DNA of 64,000 bases, from positions 544,001 to 608,000 of the forward strand of contig CAWDXG010000004.1 of assembly GCA_963806225.1 (NCBI GenBank), given 5' to 3'. Every line of letters begins with the position of its first letter. Within the stretch, counting starts at the first letter, position 1. Positions 56,859-64,000 of the stretch are shown here, piece by piece. The notes beneath the pieces are model-generated. The model made no database searches and had not been told where the DNA came from. It was given only the letters and a program-made list of their open reading frames with translations. This stretch comes from an uncultured delta proteobacterium (lineage in GTDB: Bacteria; Myxococcota_A; Polyangia; Polyangiales; Polyangiaceae). The translations under genes and the position numbers were made by a program.

Positions 56859-57111
56859 AATCCACCAGATCCGCCAGGCGACCGGTCGCGCGCTCGGCGC
56901 GCTGCCACGCGGCCGCGTGACCCAGCGTGCCGGGCTCGTGCTCCAGGGCCAGATCGACGGCGGCACGCAGCTCCTGGCCGGCAGACTGGATGGCCAGCAG
57001 GCGCCGCCGCCCGGCGCCCTGCTCCTTGGCAGCGGCGTACATCGCGCGCAGGATGCCCAGGAGGTCGCGGACGGCCTCGAACGGGAACGGATCCTGACGC
57101 GGCGCTAGCAT
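56752..57111 (-). CDS. hypothetical all-helical protein
   Basis: 119 aa, GC3-biased, starting MLAPRQDPFPFEAVRDLLG. Confidence 0.6.
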   Translation of the reverse strand: MLAPRQDPFPFEAVRDLLGILRAMYAAAKEQGAGRRRLLAIQSAGQELRAAVDLALEHEPGTLGHAAAWQRAERATGRLADLVDSTTPLEPTLEAAAERVRGAPGTAAARREAARRARR

Positions 57112-57189
57112 CGAACTCCACCGAGCCCCGACGGGCAGGACTGCAAGCGTGACGCAGACCGCCCGGCTCCACAACGGCAGAACACGACG

Positions 57190-57816
57190 ATGACCAGGCA
57201 CGGCGGAAACGGTGGCGGCGGAACGCGCGGTGGGCGGGGGCGCGGCCCCGAGCTTCTCGGAGCGCTGCTCGCCGACGCGCGAGCCCGGGCGGCGCGCTCG
57301 GCCGAGCCGGGGCGGATCGACGCCGAGCTGTGGCGCCGCGCGGTGGGCCCCCGGATCAGCGACCGGACCCGGCCGGGCCGGCTGGAGCGTGGCACGCTGC
57401 TCGTCCGCGTTGCGTCCGCGGTGTGGGCGCAGGAACTGTCGCTGCTCTCCGACGACCTCATCGGCCGGCTGCGCGCATCCGGTCTGGCAGTGGACACGCT
57501 ACGCTTCCGTGTCGAGCGCCTCGAGCCCCGCCCTCGCGTGGTAGCGCCTAGAGCCCCCGCGCCGCCACCGGCGCCGCTCCCCGCGGATCTCGAGAGCCGG
57601 CTCGCGGAGGTCGACGACCCGGAGCTGCGCGCGGCGATCGCCCAGGCCGCGGGCTATTCGCTCGCACTCGACGCACGCCGTCCGAGCGACGCTAGCGAGC
57701 CGAAGCCAGCCGCTCCAGGCCCTCGATCCGCTGCGTCAGGAAGCGATCAGCCGGACCGAACTTCTCCCGCGCCTCGCGCAGGATCGCGACGTAGGCGCGG
57801 AGACCGGCGAGATTGA
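57190..57816 (+). CDS. dciA: DUF721/DciA family protein
   Basis: WRRAVGPRISDRTRP..L..GTLLVRVASAVWAQEL. Confidence 0.82.
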   Translation: MTRHGGNGGGGTRGGRGRGPELLGALLADARARAARSAEPGRIDAELWRRAVGPRISDRTRPGRLERGTLLVRVASAVWAQELSLLSDDLIGRLRASGLAVDTLRFRVERLEPRPRVVAPRAPAPPPAPLPADLESRLAEVDDPELRAAIAQAAGYSLALDARRPSDASEPKPAAPGPRSAASGSDQPDRTSPAPRAGSRRRRGDRRD

Positions 57817-58606
57817 TCCCGGATACGCGGCGCAGAACCGTATACAGCTCGTCGACGACATGACCCGGGAGCGGGCGTTTCATCGGCTTGTAGAGATCGA
57901 ACACGTAGTCGACCCAGCTGCCCTTGCCCGTCGCACCGGCCAGCTTCACGCCGTACTCGGCCGCCTTCTCGGCCATGGCCGGATCGACCGTACCGCGCGC
58001 CGCGCTGTCGATCATGTTCACGAGGTACGCTGACAGGATCTTCTCCGCTTCCTCGCCGCGGCCCAGCGCGAGCACCTTGTCCGCCACACCGCCGAGGAGG
58101 TCGAGGGCGTCGCCCTGGTGGGTGGCATCCTCCTCCATGGGGTCGGTGAGCGTGGGGCGCGTCCCGAGGGGCTGGGCGTCGACTCCCGTCAGTGTCTCGG
58201 CATTGAAGCGCATGGTCCGGGCAGCAGGCGCCGCGGTACGTGACCTGCCGTGCACGATCATCTCCTGCTTGCCGATCACGAGACGGTCGCCCACATTCAG
58301 CTCGCGGCGCCGTTCTACCCGCTCGCCGTTGACGTAGACACCGTTGACGCTCTCGAGATCCTCGACCACCGCGGCGTCGTCGAGGAGCAGCACCTGCGCG
58401 TGGCGTCGCGAGACCAGCGCGTCGTCGAGAACCAGCTGGCAGACTGCGCTGCGCCCGATCACGATCGGCTGCGCCCCCACGTCGAAGCGACGCCCGTGGT
58501 GGTCGAGCCAATAGCGCGTGCCGGCATCCACCGAGCCGGCTTCAGCCACGGCGATATTCGGCTGGGTCTGATGGGACGACGAGTCCGATTTCACGCCGTC
58601 GAACAA
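57692..58606 (-). CDS. FHA-domain protein (paralog 3)
   Basis: IGRS..CQLVLDD..VSRRHA..DLESVNG..VNG; start codon uncertain. Confidence 0.88.
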   Translation of the reverse strand: MFDGVKSDSSSHQTQPNIAVAEAGSVDAGTRYWLDHHGRRFDVGAQPIVIGRSAVCQLVLDDALVSRRHAQVLLLDDAAVVEDLESVNGVYVNGERVERRRELNVGDRLVIGKQEMIVHGRSRTAAPAARTMRFNAETLTGVDAQPLGTRPTLTDPMEEDATHQGDALDLLGGVADKVLALGRGEEAEKILSAYLVNMIDSAARGTVDPAMAEKAAEYGVKLAGATGKGSWVDYVFDLYKPMKRPLPGHVVDELYTVLRRVSGINLAGLRAYVAILREAREKFGPADRFLTQRIEGLERLASAR

Positions 58607-58640
58607 TACCGGTCGGGCGGTCGTCCGTCGAGGAGCGGCA

Positions 58641-59390
58641 CTATTTCACCGCCGCAACGCGCTCCAGACCCTCGATTCGCCCCACCAGAAAACGCTCGGC
58701 TGGCCCTGCGTGCGAGCGCTCGCGCAGGGAAGCGATGTATCCGCGCAGCGACCCCAGCTCGACCTGGCCAACCCTTGGTAGCACCGCGTACAGCTCGTCG
58801 ACCACGCTGACGGGGCAGGCGCACCGGAGTGCGGCGTAGAGCTGGATGACGTAGTCGAACCAGCGCGCACGCCCGGTTGTGGAGGCCAACCTGAGAGCGA
58901 ACAGCGCGCCGCGCTCGCAGAGCTCCGCCTTGGGCGCGCGCGTCCCGCGGGCGTCAGCGAGCAGCTGCTCGAGCCGCGCTCCGAGTATCCGCTCGGCCTC
59001 GTCACCGCGCCCGAGCGCCAGCGCCTTGTCCGCGAGGCTGCCGAGCAGCTCGAACGCCTGCACGCGCGTCTCCGTCGCGCCAGGCCGCGCAATGGTCTCG
59101 GCACGCGCAGCCTTGGCCGATAGCAGCGCGATCTCCTGCGTACCGATGGTCAGGCGGTCGCCGTGCGCCAGCTTCTCGGCGCGTTCGATGCGCCGCCCGT
59201 TGAGCCGCACGCCGTTGCGGCTGCCCAGATCCTCGAGCAGCACCTCGTCCCCGTCGACGGTCAGCGCCGCGTGGAAGCGCGACACGAGCGGATCGTCCAG
59301 CGACAGCTGGCATTCGGTGCTCCGGCCGACGAGAAACCGCCCGTCGGTGAGCTCCAGGTCTTGCTGCTGGTAGCGCAGCCGGAATCCCAT
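58641..59390 (-). CDS. FHA-domain protein (paralog 2)
   Basis: VGRS..CQLSLDDPLVSRFHA..DLGSRNG. Confidence 0.9.
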   Translation of the reverse strand: MGFRLRYQQQDLELTDGRFLVGRSTECQLSLDDPLVSRFHAALTVDGDEVLLEDLGSRNGVRLNGRRIERAEKLAHGDRLTIGTQEIALLSAKAARAETIARPGATETRVQAFELLGSLADKALALGRGDEAERILGARLEQLLADARGTRAPKAELCERGALFALRLASTTGRARWFDYVIQLYAALRCACPVSVVDELYAVLPRVGQVELGSLRGYIASLRERSHAGPAERFLVGRIEGLERVAAVK

Positions 59391-60277
59391 CAGCGCTCAC
59401 CGGGCGGCGAGCTCAGCGACTCGACGCGGGAGAAGGCGTCCTGCTCCTCCAGCTTCGGGCCACCTCCGGCACGGATGCGCTCGACGACACGGTTCGCCTC
59501 GGGAGCCAGCGAGGCGCGCTCGGCCGGCGGAAGCGTGGACAGCGACGATCCCACATCTGCCGCCGGGATCAGCCCCATCGCCGCGTACAGCCCGAGCACC
59601 CAACGCCCCCACTCCGCCTGCTTGCGCTGCGCGGCTAGCGCCGCCGCCGCGCGGGCGAGCACGTCGAGATGCTTGCGTTCAACGTTCTCGTTCGCCGCGA
59701 CGCGCTCCTCGACGTTGCTGCGGGCCCGCCGCAGCACGCGCTCGATATCGTCCCAGCGCCCCAACGACAGGGCCTTCTCGAGCACCTCGACGAGCAGCTC
59801 GAGAGTCCAGTTCCGCTGCTGATCGTCCTCCGCCCCGCTGAGCGTTTCCTCGTCCATGCGATCGGTAGCGCCGCACGACGGGCATTGCACCAGGTCGGTG
59901 GGATACGGCAGCCCACAGACTGCGCAGTGACACATGAAGCCGGTCGGTCGCGTACCGGGCAGGCCCTGCTTGCGGGGCTGCACGGGCACGGTGCACAGCA
60001 CGAACTCCTGCGTGCCGATGCGGATCCTGTCGCCGTCGACCAGTACCTGCTCGCCCTCGATCTGCCGGCCGTTCACGATCAGGCCGTTGCGCGAGCCGAG
60101 ATCCTCGATGCTGGCGCGATCGCCGAGGATCCTGAGCCGCGCGTGTTGGCGCGACACGAGCGGATCCTCGATCGTCACGTGACACGACGCGCTTCGGCCG
60201 AGCAGGGTGTCGCCCTGCGGCAGATCGATCTCCTGGAGCAGGAAGCGTAGGCGGTAGCGAGGCAAGGACCGACCCAC
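59390..60277 (-). CDS. FHA-domain protein with Zn ribbon (paralog 1)
   Basis: LGRS..DPLVSRQHA..DLGSRNG; CAVC..CPSC. Confidence 0.88.
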   Translation of the reverse strand: MGRSLPRYRLRFLLQEIDLPQGDTLLGRSASCHVTIEDPLVSRQHARLRILGDRASIEDLGSRNGLIVNGRQIEGEQVLVDGDRIRIGTQEFVLCTVPVQPRKQGLPGTRPTGFMCHCAVCGLPYPTDLVQCPSCGATDRMDEETLSGAEDDQQRNWTLELLVEVLEKALSLGRWDDIERVLRRARSNVEERVAANENVERKHLDVLARAAAALAAQRKQAEWGRWVLGLYAAMGLIPAADVGSSLSTLPPAERASLAPEANRVVERIRAGGGPKLEEQDAFSRVESLSSPPGER

Positions 60278-60373
60278 CAGTGCCGCAGTTTGCGACTCGG
60301 AATCCGGGCATGAGGCTAACCGGCCCGTGGCCAGAGGTCAAAGCGCTCTCGCCCGGCGCCTCCAGGCCCGCTC

Positions 60374-60820
60374 CTACCCGCTGCGGGCCAGAACCCGGAG
60401 CAGGCCGTAGATGAGCCGGGGATGCGACAGAAGCCCGTAGATCTTGATGCGCCGGCCGCGCAGGGCCGACCACAGGACCGAGATCGCGTGGCGGCCATCG
60501 GCGTCGCCCGGGGCGGGCAGCGGCACGCGCAGCCGGGTCTTGAACGGCAGATCCGCCAGCGCCTCGATATCGGCGCTCCGGCCGCGCAGGGTTACATCGG
60601 GAATACCCACGATTCCCTCGTGAACGGTCAAGCGACCGAAGTCGAAGCGAAGCGTCAGGGCGCTCCCGGCGTCGTCCGCGACGACGGCGATCGCGCCGCG
60701 GAGCCGGTCGAACTCGCGGCGCTGAGCCGCGCGGCGGGCGTTCGTGCGCACCAGCTCCGCCAGCACGCGTGCTAGCGGGTCCTTTTCGGCCCCCGGGCCC
60801 AGGTCGACGACTGGCTCCAC
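60374..60820 (-). CDS. SCP2 sterol-binding-like small protein
   Basis: LTLRFDFGRLTV..G..PDVTLRG..RIKIYG; GTG start inferred. Confidence 0.6.
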   Translation of the reverse strand: MEPVVDLGPGAEKDPLARVLAELVRTNARRAAQRREFDRLRGAIAVVADDAGSALTLRFDFGRLTVHEGIVGIPDVTLRGRSADIEALADLPFKTRLRVPLPAPGDADGRHAISVLWSALRGRRIKIYGLLSHPRLIYGLLRVLARSG

Positions 60821-60897
60821 CGCTTCCGTGGTAGGCCCGAACGCTCCTGGCGCGTCAAGGCCTTGCTCCACGAGCGCGACCGTGCGCTGGTTCGGAC

Positions 60898-61716
60898 GTG
60901 ACCAACGCCACGGATTGGGCCCGCGGATTGTGTGCTGCTTCGGCTGCGACGGTGCTCCTCGGCTCCGCCTTCGCGGCGGCGTCGCAGCCGGAAGCCGGAG
61001 CGGCTCCCCCGACGGCGGCAGCCCCGTCGGCCGGCGACGCTGGTGCGCCGCCCATGGCGCCAGCACCGGCCAGCTCCTCGTCGGAATCCGGGACGGCGCC
61101 AGCTGCGCCACCGGCCAGCTCCTCGGCGCCTGTGCCGACGGGTTCCGCCCACGCCCCGCCCGCTCCGCCGCCGGTGGCCTCCGCGCGGCCCCCGTCCAGC
61201 CTTCCCGCACCGACCACCCCGGCGCGCCGCGGCGCGCCAGGCGAGGCGTTCGTGCACCTGCACGTCGATTATCCGGGCGCGTGGCTGGAGACACGCGACT
61301 ACGTCGACGACGGACCCTGGCGGCGCGCGTGCCCCGCGCCGTGCGACCGCACGCTCGTGGTCGAAGGCATCGACGTGCGCGTCGCGGCACCCGGCATGAC
61401 CACGTCCAACGTGTTCCGCATCGACCCGGGCAGCGGCCAGGCGCAGCTCAAGGTCTCCGGAGGCTCGGCGAGCTCACGCACAACCGGCATAGTCGGCATG
61501 TCCGCCGGCGTGCCGGTGACCCTCGCGGGGATGGCGATGTACGGCTATGGCCGGTATGCGGACAGCAGCGGGCTGCGTACCGCCGGCATCATCACGCTGG
61601 CCGTGGGCGCGGTCACCGTGCTCGGGTCGCTGCCGTTCCTGGCCCATGGCGGCACCAAGGTGCGCGACGCCAAGGGCACGGTGATCGCCGCGGTGACGAG
61701 CGGCGCGCGCTTCTAG
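60898..61716 (+). CDS. secreted/membrane hypothetical protein
   Basis: Signal peptide, Pro/Ala linker, WRRACPAPC beta domain, two C-terminal Gly-rich TMs. Confidence 0.7.
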   Translation: MTNATDWARGLCAASAATVLLGSAFAAASQPEAGAAPPTAAAPSAGDAGAPPMAPAPASSSSESGTAPAAPPASSSAPVPTGSAHAPPAPPPVASARPPSSLPAPTTPARRGAPGEAFVHLHVDYPGAWLETRDYVDDGPWRRACPAPCDRTLVVEGIDVRVAAPGMTTSNVFRIDPGSGQAQLKVSGGSASSRTTGIVGMSAGVPVTLAGMAMYGYGRYADSSGLRTAGIITLAVGAVTVLGSLPFLAHGGTKVRDAKGTVIAAVTSGARF

Positions 61717-61774
61717 CGACCCTCGAGCGCTATGCCGGGAGCGTCCCCTCGCCGCCCCCGGCCCGGCTGCAGCC

Positions 61775-62728
61775 CTACTTGGCGGGCTTGTTGACGGCGT
61801 TCACCACGGCGCCTTCGTTCAGGAAGGCGACGACCTGATGAGCGATCTCGGTCGAGACGCGATTCTGCGCTTCCTTGGTGGAGGCGCCGAGGTGCGGCGT
61901 GGCGACCACGTTCGGGTGCTTGACGAGGTCGGTCGCCCCGGGCGGCTCCTCCAGGTACACGTCGAAGGCGGCGCCGGCAATCTTTCCGGACTCCAGCCCG
62001 CGCAGCACTGCGGCCTCTTCATAGACGCCGCCGCGCGCCGCGTTCACCAGCATCACGCCGTCCTTCATCTTCTCGATCGCGGCGTCGTTCACGATGTGCT
62101 TCGTGTGCTCGTTGAGCGGGGTGTGGATGGTGATGATGTCGGACTTGGCAAACAGCTCGTCGAGCGGCACAAGCTTGGCGCCGAGCTCGACCGCGTGCTC
62201 CTCGCTGACGACGGGATCGTAGGCCAAGAGGTTCATCTTCAGACCGTTCGCGCGATCGGCCACGATGCTGCCGATGGTGCCGAGGCCGATGATGCCCAGC
62301 GTCTTTCCGCTGATCTCGCGACCGGCGAACTTCTTCTTTTCCCACTTGCCTGCCTTCATCGAGGCGTCGGCGGCGGGCACCTTGCGTGACAGCGCGAAGA
62401 TCAGGCCGATGGCGTGCTCGGCCGTGGTCACCGAGTTCGCGGTCGGCGTGTTCATCACCAGGATGCCCTTCTTCGTGGCCGCCGGGATGTCCACGTTGTC
62501 GACGCCGATGCCGGCACGACCGACGACCTTGAGCTTGTCGGCGGCCTCGAGCACCCGCGCGGTGACCTTGGAGCCACTGCGGATCACCAGACCGTCCGCG
62601 CCCACGATGGCCTTGGCAAGCTCTTCCTCGCTCAAGCCCGGGCGGTTGTCGAGCTCGATGCCCTCGGCCTTCTCGAGGATAGCGAGCCCATCCTTGCTGA
62701 GCTGATCACTGACTAGTACTTTTGCCAT
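61775..62728 (-). CDS. serA: D-3-phosphoglycerate dehydrogenase (short form, no ACT domain)
   Basis: GRAGIGVDNVD, GIIGLGTIG, NAARGG, TPHLGAST; coupled to serC. Confidence 0.93.
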   Translation of the reverse strand: MAKVLVSDQLSKDGLAILEKAEGIELDNRPGLSEEELAKAIVGADGLVIRSGSKVTARVLEAADKLKVVGRAGIGVDNVDIPAATKKGILVMNTPTANSVTTAEHAIGLIFALSRKVPAADASMKAGKWEKKKFAGREISGKTLGIIGLGTIGSIVADRANGLKMNLLAYDPVVSEEHAVELGAKLVPLDELFAKSDIITIHTPLNEHTKHIVNDAAIEKMKDGVMLVNAARGGVYEEAAVLRGLESGKIAGAAFDVYLEEPPGATDLVKHPNVVATPHLGASTKEAQNRVSTEIAHQVVAFLNEGAVVNAVNKPAK

Positions 62729-63813
62729 CACGATCCCTTCTTGAAGTCCTTCATGAACTCCACCAGCGCCTCGATCCAGGACAGCTGGGCTGCGTTGTAG
62801 ATGGAGGCGCGAATGCCCCCCACGGAGCGATGCCCCTTGAGCCCGACCATGCCCTGCTTCTGGGCCTCGGCGACGAACTCCGCCTCCAGCTCGGGCGTCG
62901 GCAGATTGAACACCACGTTCATCATCGAGCGGCTCGCCTTGTCCACCGGCGACCGGTAGAAATCAGGGCGTCCGTCGATCGCCTTGTAGAGCAGCTCCGC
63001 CTTCTGGCGATTGTGCTTCTCCATCGCAGCCAGGCCGCCACCCTGCTTCACGACGTCGAGCACATTGCGCAGCAGGTACACGGAGAACGTCGGCGGCGTG
63101 TGGTAAAGCGAGCCGGCGTCTGCGTGAGTGCGGTACTGGAAGATCTTCGGGATATCCTTGCGACCGCCCTCGATCAGGTCCTTCCTGACGATCACGACTG
63201 CGATCCCGCTCGGGCCGAGGTTCTTCTGCGCGCCGGCGTAGATGATGCCGAACTTCGACACATCGATGGGCTTCCACATGATGTCGCTGGACATGTCCGC
63301 GAGGAGCGGCACGCTGCCCGTGTCGGGGAACTCGTGCCACTGGGTGCCCGCGATGGTGTTGTTGCTCGTGATGTGGACGTAGGCCGCCTTGGGATCGAGC
63401 TCCAGCTCGCTCTTCGCGGGAATGCGCGGGAACTTGCCGTCCTTCTCCGTGGTCGCCGCGGCGCGCGCCTGGCCCACCGTCTTCGCTTCGCTGAACGCCT
63501 TCTTCGACCACGACCCCGTGATCACGTAGTCGGCGCTCTTGCCTTCGCCGAGCAGGTTCATCGGAATCCACGCGAACTGCTGGCTGGCGCCGCCCTGCAA
63601 GAGCAGCACTTCGTGGCTGTCGGGCACGCCGAGCAGCTCGCGCACCAGTGAAAGCGCCTGCTTGTGCACGGCATCGTAGGCCTTGCCACGATGGCTGTGC
63701 TCGATGACGCTCATTCCCGTACCCTCGAGATCGACCAGCTCACGCTGCGCACGCTCGAGAGCCGCCAGCGGAAGCGCCGCCGGACCTGCATTGAAATTCA
63801 TTACTCGGGCCAT
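62728..63813 (-). CDS. serC: phosphoserine aminotransferase
   Basis: [41 protein letters not shown]. Confidence 0.96.
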   Translation of the reverse strand: MARVMNFNAGPAALPLAALERAQRELVDLEGTGMSVIEHSHRGKAYDAVHKQALSLVRELLGVPDSHEVLLLQGGASQQFAWIPMNLLGEGKSADYVITGSWSKKAFSEAKTVGQARAAATTEKDGKFPRIPAKSELELDPKAAYVHITSNNTIAGTQWHEFPDTGSVPLLADMSSDIMWKPIDVSKFGIIYAGAQKNLGPSGIAVVIVRKDLIEGGRKDIPKIFQYRTHADAGSLYHTPPTFSVYLLRNVLDVVKQGGGLAAMEKHNRQKAELLYKAIDGRPDFYRSPVDKASRSMMNVVFNLPTPELEAEFVAEAQKQGMVGLKGHRSVGGIRASIYNAAQLSWIEALVEFMKDFKKGS

Positions 63814-64000
63814 GGTCCTCCGTTCTGGGCGTGGAGCCCCGCATGCGTGGGGCTACCGCCTGTGATGCGATGCGTCAAGCGGGCCGCTGTTGCAGCCCCA
63901 CGAGGCTCGCTGGGTTCACCGGGAGAGCCGGCGAAGGGCCGGCGCCGCAGGTGCGGGGTGTCGATAGCACATTGTGGCCGATTGCGCGGCCACCCGCTGC

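Overview
Very GC-rich bacterial chromosomal window. Gene content (Ser/Thr kinase, FHA paralogs, many lipoproteins, DciA, Bacteroidetes-like MIPS) suggests a Myxococcota/Polyangiales-like organism; this is inference. Left to right: (1) an inositol-phosphate/CDP-activation cluster (two NTP transferases plus myo-inositol-1-P synthase); (2) a complete type I-G (I-U) CRISPR-Cas locus on the minus strand, WYL regulator-cas3-cas8u1/csx17-csb1-csb2-cas4/cas1-cas2-leader-array (41 repeats of 36 bp, 40 spacers), preceded by a four-helix-bundle gene with a nested structured leader and a G-rich hexamer microsatellite; (3) housekeeping and envelope genes: DUF4159/vWA pair, EAL, USP, GT2, a Bcp peroxiredoxin fused to a histone-H1-like repeat tail, kinase, AKR, chlorophyllase-like lipoprotein, sdhCAB, cydAB, SOD; (4) a GMC oxidoreductase / METTL9-like methyltransferase / DUF2891 operon; (5) an accessory region with four coupled small Cys-hairpin lipoproteins, TetR/nitroreductase, a mosaic of gene fragments, an Rpn-like nuclease, an IS91 remnant and a tyrosine integrase reading into tRNA-Leu(CAA); (6) dciA, three FHA paralogs, serA and serC. 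Five genes carry single-base insertions that look like long-read consensus errors, and the leader-proximal half of the CRISPR spacers looks consensus-garbled. All family assignments are by motif recognition only; no database searches were run.
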